A stretch of DNA of 64,000 nucleotides, taken from Clostridia bacterium. GTDB taxonomy: Bacteria; Bacillota; Clostridia; Oscillospirales; Acutalibacteraceae. Within the stretch, counting starts at the first letter, position 1. Each line of letters opens with the position of its first letter. The stretch lies in the NCBI GenBank assembly GCA_017396515.1, contig JAFQLV010000013.1, forward strand, positions 1,010 through 65,009, read 5' to 3'. The translations under genes were made by a program, and so were the position numbers. The notes beneath the pieces were generated by a model that was not told the origin of the DNA, did not search any database, and worked only from the letters and a program-made list of their open reading frames with translations. Shown piece after piece: positions 54,921 through 64,000 of the stretch.

Positions 54921-56015
54921 TTACTGCAGACTTCCGTCAAAGACTGTTATTTCACCTAAGTATTCATCTTCAACGGCACAGACATAAATGTAAGCATACC
55001 TTTGAAAATCACTGTCACCCGAATAGCTTTTCACATAAAATCTGTAATATGGCAGGTAATATTCCTGATTACCCATAGTGTAATAAATGAGATCCGCTTT
55101 TGCTATTACATCTTCGGTGATTTTTCCACCCTCGACATAGTTTTCAGCCGCAGTGCTTATATATTCGCCCCTGAGGAGCTTTTCTTTGGCCTTGTTGAGA
55201 CTTATAACAGGATAGTCCCCTATTTTTTCTGAGCCGTTTAAATAATTATCGCTGCTGCCTGTGATATAATTTCCGCTTTCGGTGAGATAGTGACTTTGCA
55301 TATTAAAGCTGATAATATCTTCGGTAATATTGCCGCTTTTATAATAGGTGCGTGTTTTACTTGTCAGCAGCTCCCCGTCTACGGAATATTCATTATATAC
55401 ACCGGTTTCGGCTTTACTGTTGCTGTTTTTGCTGCAGGCGGACTGCATATGCTTTTCTATGAGAGTAAAATCGCTTTCCCTTACGGTTATGTTGCTTCCC
55501 TTCGGGAAGGCTCTGACAGTTCCCTTTTCCGTTTCAAGGCTGAAGGAATATATCTCCTGATCATGACTGATACTTATCTGTGTGTTACCGTAGTGCATAC
55601 CTAATTTATCTGCAAGGTCCTCTGCCTGCTTTTTAAGCTCAAGAATATTAAAATATGTCTGCGACAGCTTACCCTCATTGTAACAGAGATTTTTATAAAC
55701 TGGCAGCTTATCAAGCTTTATATCCTCATTCCAAGGGTTAATATCCTGAGAATTTGAAAGTGCCAGCTCGTCAGTACCCTCATAGCCCATACCTTCCATA
55801 ACAAGGGTATAGCTTATTTCGGGTAAATTCCCGTCTCTTGCCGTAAGCACCGAGGCAACACTGTAGCCGCCTGCTATAAGACAAAGGCAGGCTGCAGCAG
55901 CCACAGCTCCTTTAAAAACACTCTTGCGGTAAAAGGCAACCTTTTTCGGTGCGGCGGCCTCAACATATTTTTCATCAATTTTGCCTAAGGCATTAAATAA
56001 GTCTTCACCTTTCAT
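54921..56015 (-). CDS. Putative anti-sigma factor / membrane protein with extracytoplasmic domain
   Basis: Overlaps the stop of the ECF sigma gene by 4 nt. It has a single TM segment (GAVAAAACLCLIAGGYSVASVL). Confidence 0.5.
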   Translation of the reverse strand: MKGEDLFNALGKIDEKYVEAAAPKKVAFYRKSVFKGAVAAAACLCLIAGGYSVASVLTARDGNLPEISYTLVMEGMGYEGTDELALSNSQDINPWNEDIKLDKLPVYKNLCYNEGKLSQTYFNILELKKQAEDLADKLGMHYGNTQISISHDQEIYSFSLETEKGTVRAFPKGSNITVRESDFTLIEKHMQSACSKNSNSKAETGVYNEYSVDGELLTSKTRTYYKSGNITEDIISFNMQSHYLTESGNYITGSSDNYLNGSEKIGDYPVISLNKAKEKLLRGEYISTAAENYVEGGKITEDVIAKADLIYYTMGNQEYYLPYYRFYVKSYSGDSDFQRYAYIYVCAVEDEYLGEITVFDGSLQ

Positions 56016-56569
56016 ATTAGTTCCTCGCTTTCTAAGTGTTCCTTCAGCTTCATTCGCTGACGGTAAAGAATGGATGCCACCTTACTTTCGCTCACGGAAA
56101 AATCTCTTGCTATATCGCTTATTGAAGAGCAGTACCAATAGCGCCTGAGGAAAATATTTCTCTTTTCGGTACTCTGCCGTCTGAGAAAGTCTTCAATTGA
56201 TTTTAAAAGAAGCTTCTCATCAAGTGAGTCCTCCACCCTCATTTGTGAGGGTATACAGCCTTCAAGCTCTGAGAAAACTATATCTGCGGTGCTGCCGCCT
56301 CTTTTTTCGGCAGAGTACAGCTTATAGCGGTTTATGGCAAGACCTCTCGTTATCCTGCCGAGATAAGTGCGAAGGTTCGACGGCTCCTTAGGCGGTATAG
56401 AGTTCCACGCACGAAGGTATGTATCGTTGACACACTCCTCGCTGTCCTGCTGATTGCACAGAATGTTGTGAGCTATGCACTTGCAGTAGGCACCGTATTT
56501 GATATTGGTTTCGTCAATGGCTTTTTCCGAGCGGGCAAAGTAAAGCTTTATGATATCGATATCTTTCAT
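56012..56569 (-). CDS. ECF-type RNA polymerase sigma factor
   Basis: Sigma-70 region 2/4 pattern. AAAGGAGG lies 6 nt before the ATG at 56569 (MKDIDI). Confidence 0.8.
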   Translation of the reverse strand: MKDIDIIKLYFARSEKAIDETNIKYGAYCKCIAHNILCNQQDSEECVNDTYLRAWNSIPPKEPSNLRTYLGRITRGLAINRYKLYSAEKRGGSTADIVFSELEGCIPSQMRVEDSLDEKLLLKSIEDFLRRQSTEKRNIFLRRYWYCSSISDIARDFSVSESKVASILYRQRMKLKEHLESEELI

Positions 56570-56633
56570 ATCTATCCTCCTTTCACTTATATACACCGCA
56601 AATCTTTAAAAAAATTGCAATTTTTTTAAAGAT

Positions 56634-56910
56634 AATGCAAAATGCTAAATGCAAAATGCAAAATTACGGTCGCGACTCCACCACCCGCTGACCTTAAGCC
56701 TCTTTCCGCATAGATGAAGCTCAGAGGAGGCAAATCTCATCAATCTTAAAACAAACGGCAGGTCACTTCCAATTCGGTAGCGACCTGCTGATGCATTATA
56801 ATCTACAGAGTGGGAATTTCATCCCCACTCCCTTTGCGGGAGAGGATTGCTTATCAGTAGAAATGTGCCCGCGACCACAATTTTGCATTTTGCATTTAGC
56901 ATTCTGCATT
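56634..56910 (-). repeat. Structured intergenic element, full copy C (inverted relative to A and B)
   Basis: The reverse complement aligns end to end with A/B. GGTCGCG at 56668-56674, CGCGACCACA at 56870-56879, hairpin at 56757-56788. Confidence 0.9.
56748..56788 (-). terminator. Terminator hairpin inside element C (slightly degenerate stem)
   Basis: The minus strand reads GCAGGTCGCTACCGAATTGGAAGTGACCTGCC followed by GTTTGTTTT. It lies downstream of ridA. Confidence 0.6.
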
Positions 56911-56913
56911 TAA

Positions 56914-57288
56914 TCACACGATTGCAACTGCTTCCACTTCACAAAGCACACCCTTGGGAAGTGCCTTAACGGCCACACAGCTTCTTGCAGGTGCTGAGGT
57001 GATATATTTGGCATAAACCTCATTGAAAGCTGCGAAATCGCCCATATCGGCAATAAAACAGGTGGTCTTGACCACATTGTCAAAGCTTGTTCCCGCCTCT
57101 TCAAGAACAGCTTTAAGGTTAACCATAACCTGCTCTGTCTGAGCAGTGATGCCCTCAGCATCAACATTGCCTGTAGCAGGATTAATGGGAATCTGTCCCG
57201 ATGTAAAAAGAAAGCCGTTTGCCATTATAGCCTGTGAATAGGGGCCGATAGCAGCAGGTGCCTTGTCTGTTGAAATCTTTTTTAGCAT
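56914..57288 (-). CDS. ridA: RidA-family reactive-intermediate deaminase
   Basis: 124 aa with APAAIGPYSQA, GQIP and the RSCVAV...LPKGVLCEVEA pattern. Confidence 0.85.
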   Translation of the reverse strand: MLKKISTDKAPAAIGPYSQAIMANGFLFTSGQIPINPATGNVDAEGITAQTEQVMVNLKAVLEEAGTSFDNVVKTTCFIADMGDFAAFNEVYAKYITSAPARSCVAVKALPKGVLCEVEAVAIV

Positions 57289-57301
57289 AGTAAATTCTCC
57301 T

Positions 57302-58483
57302 TTATTTGAAAGATTTTATAAACTGCTGTGCAGCTCTGGGCGAACGAGAGCCCTTTGCAAGAGCAAATGCCTCTGCCTTAAGGTAAAGCTCTTTTTCGTC
57401 AATGTTGAGCCTTTCCTTTTTAGCCAGCTCGTGAACGATGTCAAGATAGAGCTTTTTGTTAGGCTTTGAGAAGTACACAACAAGACCGAAGCGGTCGGAA
57501 AGCGAAAGCAGCTCCTGAACCGTGTCACTGTGGTGAATATCGTCCTCGTGGCCTCTCTCAGAGAATCGCTCCTTGACAATATGTCTGCGGTTGCTTGTGG
57601 CATAAATAACGGCATTTGATGCCTTGGCGCTTGCCGAGCCTTCCAGAGCCGCCTTAAGCATTGAGAAGCAGTCATCGTTTTTGTTGAAGGAAAGGTCGTC
57701 GATAAAGATAATGAACTTCAGGGGGTTATCGGCAATTCTGCCCATAATATGCGAAAGGGAGAAAAGCTGATCCTTGCGAACTTCAATAAGTCTCACGCCC
57801 TTATCAAAGCAGGCATTTGCCACAGCTTTGACAGTGGAGGACTTACCCGTACCCGCATCACCGCAGAGAAGCACATTCTGTGCGTACCTGCCCTCAGTGA
57901 GTGCAAGGGTGTTATCCATAACCTGCTGTCTTTCTGCCTCATAGCCGATAAAGCTTTCGGTGGTGATATCGTCGGCAGCCTCAACGGGAACGATCTCATC
58001 CTTTTCCACTCTGAACATACCTGCCGTGGCAAAAATGCCATAGCCGTAGCGGTGAATATGGCTGAGTCTTTCTTTGTACACTGCCGAAAAGTCTACTTTT
58101 TCGTTTTCAAACAGAGGGATATATCCCTCATAGTCCGTATCTTCAAAAAGGCTTTCTGCTGTCAGAGACGTAAGGGAAGAAAATATATCAAGCTCCTTTT
58201 CTGCATTAGCCTTAAGTGAAGCGGACACCTCTTTATTTTTAGCCACAGAGGTAATATAAGTATTTTCATCCTCACACACTGCCTTGGTTAAAAAGGCTGA
58301 AAACGAGCCGCCGTATGCACCGAGAGAGCTGACAAACTCACCGTAAAAGCTGAGCTTTTCATATATATCCTCACTTCTGAGGAAGTTAAGGAAGGCCGTC
58401 ATTTCTTTTTTGTCTGTCAGCCCTCTGAAAACACTCAGAGCCGAGAGCTGACAGGCAAGTAATTTTAAATCTGTCTTTTTCAT
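57302..58483 (-). CDS. AAA-type ATP-binding protein (DUF815-like)
   Basis: Walker A motif LCGDAGTGKSS and Walker B motif FIIFIDDLSF. Confidence 0.7.
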   Translation of the reverse strand: MKKTDLKLLACQLSALSVFRGLTDKKEMTAFLNFLRSEDIYEKLSFYGEFVSSLGAYGGSFSAFLTKAVCEDENTYITSVAKNKEVSASLKANAEKELDIFSSLTSLTAESLFEDTDYEGYIPLFENEKVDFSAVYKERLSHIHRYGYGIFATAGMFRVEKDEIVPVEAADDITTESFIGYEAERQQVMDNTLALTEGRYAQNVLLCGDAGTGKSSTVKAVANACFDKGVRLIEVRKDQLFSLSHIMGRIADNPLKFIIFIDDLSFNKNDDCFSMLKAALEGSASAKASNAVIYATSNRRHIVKERFSERGHEDDIHHSDTVQELLSLSDRFGLVVYFSKPNKKLYLDIVHELAKKERLNIDEKELYLKAEAFALAKGSRSPRAAQQFIKSFK

Positions 58484-58487
58484 AATA

Positions 58488-60152
58488 TCAGAACTTGTTG
58501 ATAATTGCGCCCTTGTCAGCTGAGCTTACCATTGCGGCATAACGGGCAAGATAACCTCTCACATCGGTCTTGACCTTAATAGGCATTTCCTGCTTACGCC
58601 TCTCAATTTCCTCATCGCTGACCTTGAGTTCAATTTTATATTCGGGAATGTTGATTGAAATTATGTCTCCGTCCTTGACATAGGCAATAAGTCCGCCTCT
58701 GACAGCTTCAGGTGATACGTGACCTATGGATGCACCTCTTGTTGCACCTGAGAATCTGCCGTCTGTGATAAGAGCAACATCCTTGTCAAGACCCATACCT
58801 GCAATAGCTGAGGTGGGTGAAAGCATTTCTCTCATGCCGGGGCCGCCTGAGGGGCCTTCATAGCGGATAACAACCACATCACCCTTGACAATTTTGCCGC
58901 CGTATATAGCTGCGATGCATTCCTCTTCACTGTCAAAAACCTTGGCAGGACCTTCGTGAATAAGCATTTCGGGAGCCACTGCACTTCTCTTGACAACACA
59001 GCCGTCAGGGGCAATATTACCTCTGAGCACAGCTATGCCGCCTGTTTTTGAATAGGGGTTATCTACTGTTCTTATAACAGTTTCATCCTTGTTGAAGGCA
59101 TTTTCGATGTTTTCGCCTAAGGTCTTACCTGTACAGGTCATAACACTTGTGTCAAGAAGACCCAGCTTTGCAATTTCTCTGAGTACGGCATAAACACCGC
59201 CTGCTTCGTTAAGGTCTTCCATATAGGTGTGACCTGCAGGTGCAAGGTGGCAGATGTTAGGTGTTTTTTCGCTTATTTCGTTTGCCATATCAAGGTTGAA
59301 GTCAATACCGCATTCATTTGCAATAGCAGGCAGATGAAGCATACTGTTGGTGCTGCAGCCTATAGCCATATCGGCAGTTACGGCATTTCTCATAGCAGCC
59401 TCAGTCATAATGTCACGGGGACGGATATTCTTTTTGACAAGCTCCATAATCTGCATACCTGCGTGCTTTGCAAGCTCAATTCTTGCCGAATAAACAGCAG
59501 GAATGGTACCGTTGCCCTGAAGGCCCATGCCCAGCACCTCTGTCAGACAGTTCATTGAGTTAGCGGTGTACATACCTGAGCATGAGCCGCAGGTGGGGCA
59601 GGTGTTTTCCTCGCATATGCGAAGCTGCTCATCATCAATTTTGCCTGCAGTGTAAGCGCCTACTGCCTCAAACATACTTGAAAGGCTTGTCTTTTTGCCG
59701 TCAACTCTGCCTGCAAGCATAGGGCCGCCTGAAACGAAAATAGTGGGGATATTGAGTCTTGCCGCAGCCATAAGAAGACCGGGCACATTTTTATCGCAGT
59801 TGGGAATCATAACAAGGCCGTCAAAGCCGTGAGCCATAACCATAGCCTCAGTTGAATCGGCAATAAGGTCTCTTGTTACAAGTGAATACTTCATACCGGT
59901 GTGGCCCATGGCAATGCCGTCACAGACTGTAATTGCAGGGAAAACTATAGGAGTACCGCCTGCCATAGCAACGCCAAGCTTGACCGCATCGGCAATTTTA
60001 TCAAGATTTATGTGACCGGGCACTATCTCATTGAATGAGCTGACAATACCGATAAGAGGGCGTGACTGCTCCTCTTTTGTCATGCCCAGAGCGTGATAGA
60101 GACTGCGGTGAGGGGCATTGTGAAATCCGTCGACTATTGTGTCTTTTATCAT
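58488..60152 (-). CDS. ilvD: Dihydroxy-acid dehydratase
   Basis: [19 protein letters not shown] and PNCDKNVPG motifs. AAGGAG lies 9 nt before the ATG at 60152. Confidence 0.95.
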   Translation of the reverse strand: MIKDTIVDGFHNAPHRSLYHALGMTKEEQSRPLIGIVSSFNEIVPGHINLDKIADAVKLGVAMAGGTPIVFPAITVCDGIAMGHTGMKYSLVTRDLIADSTEAMVMAHGFDGLVMIPNCDKNVPGLLMAAARLNIPTIFVSGGPMLAGRVDGKKTSLSSMFEAVGAYTAGKIDDEQLRICEENTCPTCGSCSGMYTANSMNCLTEVLGMGLQGNGTIPAVYSARIELAKHAGMQIMELVKKNIRPRDIMTEAAMRNAVTADMAIGCSTNSMLHLPAIANECGIDFNLDMANEISEKTPNICHLAPAGHTYMEDLNEAGGVYAVLREIAKLGLLDTSVMTCTGKTLGENIENAFNKDETVIRTVDNPYSKTGGIAVLRGNIAPDGCVVKRSAVAPEMLIHEGPAKVFDSEEECIAAIYGGKIVKGDVVVIRYEGPSGGPGMREMLSPTSAIAGMGLDKDVALITDGRFSGATRGASIGHVSPEAVRGGLIAYVKDGDIISINIPEYKIELKVSDEEIERRKQEMPIKVKTDVRGYLARYAAMVSSADKGAIINKF

Positions 60153-60199
60153 TGAAAGCATCTCCTTAAAATTAAAGTAGCGGTGGAGTAAAAAGTCAA

Positions 60200-60458
60200 G
60201 AGTGAGGAGTGAGGAGTTAGGAGTTAGTAGTTAGGAGTTAGGAGTTAGGAGTTGTGGTCGCGGGTTAACTCTATACTAACCTTAAACTCGTTGCCGCAAG
60301 CACAAAACTCGCAAGCGGAAAATTCCGTCGATCATAAAATGTGCTTTTAAATTGCATTATTTTGGCGGAATATAGGGTTCGTTTAAATAAGTTTAAAACG
60401 GATATAATCGGAGCGAAGCGACCCTTAACTCCTAACTCCTAACTCCAAACTCCTAACT
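60200..60458 (-). repeat. Variant element D with GGAGTTA/TAACTCC arrays between ilvC and ilvD
   Basis: GAGTGAG x2 and GAGTTAG-type x5 at 60200-60252. TGTGGTCGCGGG at 60253-60264. The CTAACCTTAA segment is shared with A/B/C. GCGACCC then TTAACTCC TAACTCC TAACTCC AAACTCC TAACT to 60458. Confidence 0.8.
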
Positions 60459-60500
60459 TATTAAAGCTGCTGCACAAACGCACAGCAGCCCTGCAAATTC

Positions 60501-61538
<1,038 letters not shown>

Positions 61539-62039
61539 TTATTCCTGATTAATCATTGTGTCTGTGCCTCTTTCAATGGCAACTATACCTGTGCGGCACA
61601 TCTCGAGTATGCCCAGAGGCATCATTATTTTGATGAATGCATCAAGCTTTACGGGTTCACCTGTCAGCTCAACACTCATAACATCCGTAGAATAGTCTAT
61701 AATTTTGGCTCGGTATATTTCAGCCGCAGCCATAATGTCAGGTCTTGTTTCAGGTGTGTTTTTCACCTTTATGAGCATAAGCTCTCTCTTGACCGTAACA
61801 TCATCATCAAGCACCTTAACCTTTTTAACATTATAGAGCTTTTTCATCTGGCTCACAAACTGGTTTTTGGTGTTTTCGTCACCGCTTATGGTGATTGTGA
61901 TTCTTGAATAATTGGGGTCTTCAATGGTACTTACCGTAAGTGCATCAATATTGAATGCCCTTCTTGTAAACATACTTGTTACTCTCATAAGCACGCCCGG
62001 CTTATTATCTACGAGGACAGCTATAACAAACTTACTCAT
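61539..62039 (-). CDS. ilvN: Acetolactate synthase small (regulatory) subunit
   Basis: ACT-domain start VLVDNKPGVLMRVTSMFTRRAFNI. The ATG at 62039 lies 1 nt after the ilvB stop. Confidence 0.9.
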   Translation of the reverse strand: MSKFVIAVLVDNKPGVLMRVTSMFTRRAFNIDALTVSTIEDPNYSRITITISGDENTKNQFVSQMKKLYNVKKVKVLDDDVTVKRELMLIKVKNTPETRPDIMAAAEIYRAKIIDYSTDVMSVELTGEPVKLDAFIKIMMPLGILEMCRTGIVAIERGTDTMINQE

Positions 62040-62040
62040 A

Positions 62041-63729
62041 TCACTCTCCCCTTTCCTTTGAAACGATAATATCATCAATTGAGCCGCCGGGAGGTAGCAT
62101 GGGAAGCACAAATTCATCTTTATCGATAAGCACTTCTATTATATATGTACCCTCACCCTGAGAGGCCTCACTGAAGGCTGATCTGAAATCTTCGGGGGTT
62201 GATACTCTCATACCTTTGGCACCGAAGGCATCGGCAAGCTTCATAAAATCGGTCTTTCTGCCAAGAACGGTGTTGGAATATCTTTCACCGTAGAAAAGAG
62301 TCTGCCACTGTCTTACCATACCGAGAACTCCGTTATTGAGAAGCACTATTGTAACCGGCAGATTATAGCTGACAGCCGTTGCCACCTCATTGAGGTTCAT
62401 GCCGAAGGAGCCGTCACCTGTTATAAGAACAGTTCTCTCTTTTTTAGCGGTAGCCGCACCTATTGCCGCACCCAGGCCGTAGCCCATTGTGCCCAGACCG
62501 CCGCTTGAGATGAAGGTTCTGTTTTCTTTAAATGAAAGATACTGAGCTGCCCACATCTGATGCTGACCCACATCCGTTGCAACAACTGTGGAATCAAGCT
62601 TGATTTCATTGATTATATCAAAAACCTGCTTGGGTGTCAGGGGTACTTCAGCAGAAAGCTCTGCCTTTTCGGCAATCGCCCTTTCTTCGGCTCTGAGAAT
62701 CTCTATGCGTTCTTTCCACTGAGGTCTTTCGTCAGAGTTGACCCTGGCGGAGATACGCTTGAGGGAATCTCTCAGATCCCCGTGTACACCAACATCAACG
62801 CCTATATTTTTGCCAAGCTCGGATATATCCACATCAAGCTGAATAAACTGAGTGTTTTTGACATATTTTTCTGTGTTGCCCGTGGCTCTGTCACTGAAGC
62901 GCACACCTATGCCGATAACTAAATCAGCCTCTTTGTTCGCCATAGAGGAAGCATAATGGCCGTGCATTCCCTGCATGCCGAGAAAGCGCTCGTGGTCGCT
63001 GGGGAATGCCGAAAGACCCATAAAGGTGCAGCCGATATAGCCGCCGATTTTTTCTGCAAAGGCAGCCACCTCATCAGCCATTCCCTGGCCGAGAACACCG
63101 CCGCCGATGTAAATATAAGGTCTTTCACTTTCATTGATAAGCTTAGCAGCTTTCTCAATATATATATCCTTTGCCTTTTTGTTTTCAAAGGGTGCAACAA
63201 CCTCTGCCTTTTCATAATCTGCCTTGGCTATCTGCACATCCTTGGGGATATCAATAAGCACCGGGCCGGGTCTGCCGCTTTTTGCAATGCGGAAGGCCTC
63301 TCTTATAGTGTCGGCAAGGTCATTTACATCACTGACAAAGTAGTTGTGCTTGGTTATGGGCAGAGTTATGCCCGTAATATCAATTTCCTGAAAAGAGTCG
63401 CGGCCGATAAGTGCGTTCGGCACGTTACCCGTAATAGCAACCATAGGCACCGAATCCAGCATTGCCGTTGCTATGCCTGTTACGAGATTTGTGGCACCGG
63501 GGCCTGAGGTGGCAATAACCACACCGACCTTACCCGTGCTTCTTGCATAGCCGTCAGCGGCATGAGAAGCACCCTGCTCGTGAGCAGTGAGGACATGGTT
63601 TATTCTGCCCTGCGCCTTGTAAAGCTCGTCATAGATATTGAGCACCTGACCGCCGGGATAGCCGAAAACATCGGTAACGCCCTGCTCTATCAGGGTTTCT
63701 ATAACAATTTGTGAACCTGTGAGTTTCAT
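62041..63729 (-). CDS. ilvB: Acetolactate synthase large subunit
   Basis: ThDP enzyme with GYPGG, HEQGA.HAADGYAR and GDGSF.MN motifs. Confidence 0.95.
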   Translation of the reverse strand: MKLTGSQIVIETLIEQGVTDVFGYPGGQVLNIYDELYKAQGRINHVLTAHEQGASHAADGYARSTGKVGVVIATSGPGATNLVTGIATAMLDSVPMVAITGNVPNALIGRDSFQEIDITGITLPITKHNYFVSDVNDLADTIREAFRIAKSGRPGPVLIDIPKDVQIAKADYEKAEVVAPFENKKAKDIYIEKAAKLINESERPYIYIGGGVLGQGMADEVAAFAEKIGGYIGCTFMGLSAFPSDHERFLGMQGMHGHYASSMANKEADLVIGIGVRFSDRATGNTEKYVKNTQFIQLDVDISELGKNIGVDVGVHGDLRDSLKRISARVNSDERPQWKERIEILRAEERAIAEKAELSAEVPLTPKQVFDIINEIKLDSTVVATDVGQHQMWAAQYLSFKENRTFISSGGLGTMGYGLGAAIGAATAKKERTVLITGDGSFGMNLNEVATAVSYNLPVTIVLLNNGVLGMVRQWQTLFYGERYSNTVLGRKTDFMKLADAFGAKGMRVSTPEDFRSAFSEASQGEGTYIIEVLIDKDEFVLPMLPPGGSIDDIIVSKERGE

Positions 63730-63779
63730 TTTCCTACTCCTTTTAGAGTATAAGTCTTCATTTAAAAATCTATTGGGCT

Positions 63780-63808
63780 ATTATATCACGAGAGTCAAGG
63801 CTTGTCAA
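63780..63808 (-). promoter_or_regulatory. Consensus sigma-A-type promoter of ilvB-ilvN-ilvC
   Basis: The minus strand reads TTGACA (63803-63808), a 17-nt spacer, then TATAAT (63780-63785), about 50 nt upstream of the ilvB ATG. Confidence 0.65.
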
Positions 63809-63862
63809 CGGGTTTGTAACAATTTAAAGCGGTGAAATGATAATGTTTTGTACGCGTTTCAG

Positions 63863-63891
63863 ACAAACAAAAAGGCGAGCCGAAGCCCGCC
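63863..63891 (-). terminator. Terminator of the partial gene upstream of the ilv operon
   Basis: The minus strand reads GGCGGGC-ttcg-GCTCGCC followed by TTTTTGTTTG. Confidence 0.7.
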
Positions 63892-63899
63892 GAATAAGT

Positions 63900-64000
63900 T
63901 TATTTGATTTTCACACTTTTTGCACTGCTGAAAGAGCCGTATATTGTTTTGCCGTCAGCCTTTTTATAGGCTCTGACTTTGAAATAATAGGTTTTGCCGC
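63900..64000 (-). CDS. C-terminal end of an unidentified protein (5' part outside the window)
   Basis: Own translation: ...GKTYYFKVRAYKKADGKTIYGSFSSAKSVKIK-stop. This resembles the end of a beta-sandwich repeat. A terminator follows. Confidence 0.4.
   Translation of the reverse strand, partial: GKTYYFKVRAYKKADGKTIYGSFSSAKSVKIK

Noticed and set aside
63730-63899. I looked for a T-box, leader peptide or attenuator upstream of ilvB. I looked similarly upstream of argS/DUF1934 at 36478-36600.
   Set aside because: The consensus promoter leaves only about a 50-nt leader, with no specifier or T-box sequence, no Leu/Val/Ile-rich mini-ORF and no terminator hairpin. Nothing comparable is seen upstream of argS.

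Overview
This is a 64-kb chromosomal segment whose gene content and synteny look like a moderate-GC Clostridia-type Firmicute; the taxon is inference only. I support about 65 protein-coding genes, mostly on the minus strand. Housekeeping genes include efp, argS, nrdR, cysK, ilvB-ilvN-ilvC and ilvD, ridA, maf, mltG, zapA, dCMP deaminase, a U32 peptidase and a phosphoglucomutase. There are also two OmpR/histidine-kinase pairs, two ECF sigma/anti-sigma pairs, GH95 and GH38 glycosidases, and several AT-rich accessory genes for secreted or surface proteins. I saw no rRNA, tRNA, CRISPR array, transposase or integrase. Three genes look disrupted: pduL has an in-frame TGA, htrA has a 1-nt frameshift, and one GNAT gene is a fragment. 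The most unusual signal is non-coding. A family of modular, structured intergenic elements occurs at 10 loci. They are built from tandem 7-nt arrays (AATTATG, AAAATGC or GGAGTTA types), a TGYGGTCGCG/CGCGACCACA inverted repeat, a CCGCA(A/G)AG box, variable hairpins and a shared GGCAGGTCAC terminator hairpin. At 9 of the 10 loci the element starts at or just after a stop codon, in the orientation of the upstream gene. I cannot assign it to any repeat or ncRNA family I know. Secondary leads are a Cys-flanked hydrophobic C-terminal tail shared by two unrelated secreted proteins, two well-signalled unannotated small ORFs (42 and 29 aa), a secreted alpha/beta-hydrolase with a G-x-C-x-G box, and operator-like repeats next to small regulators divergent from surface-protein genes.
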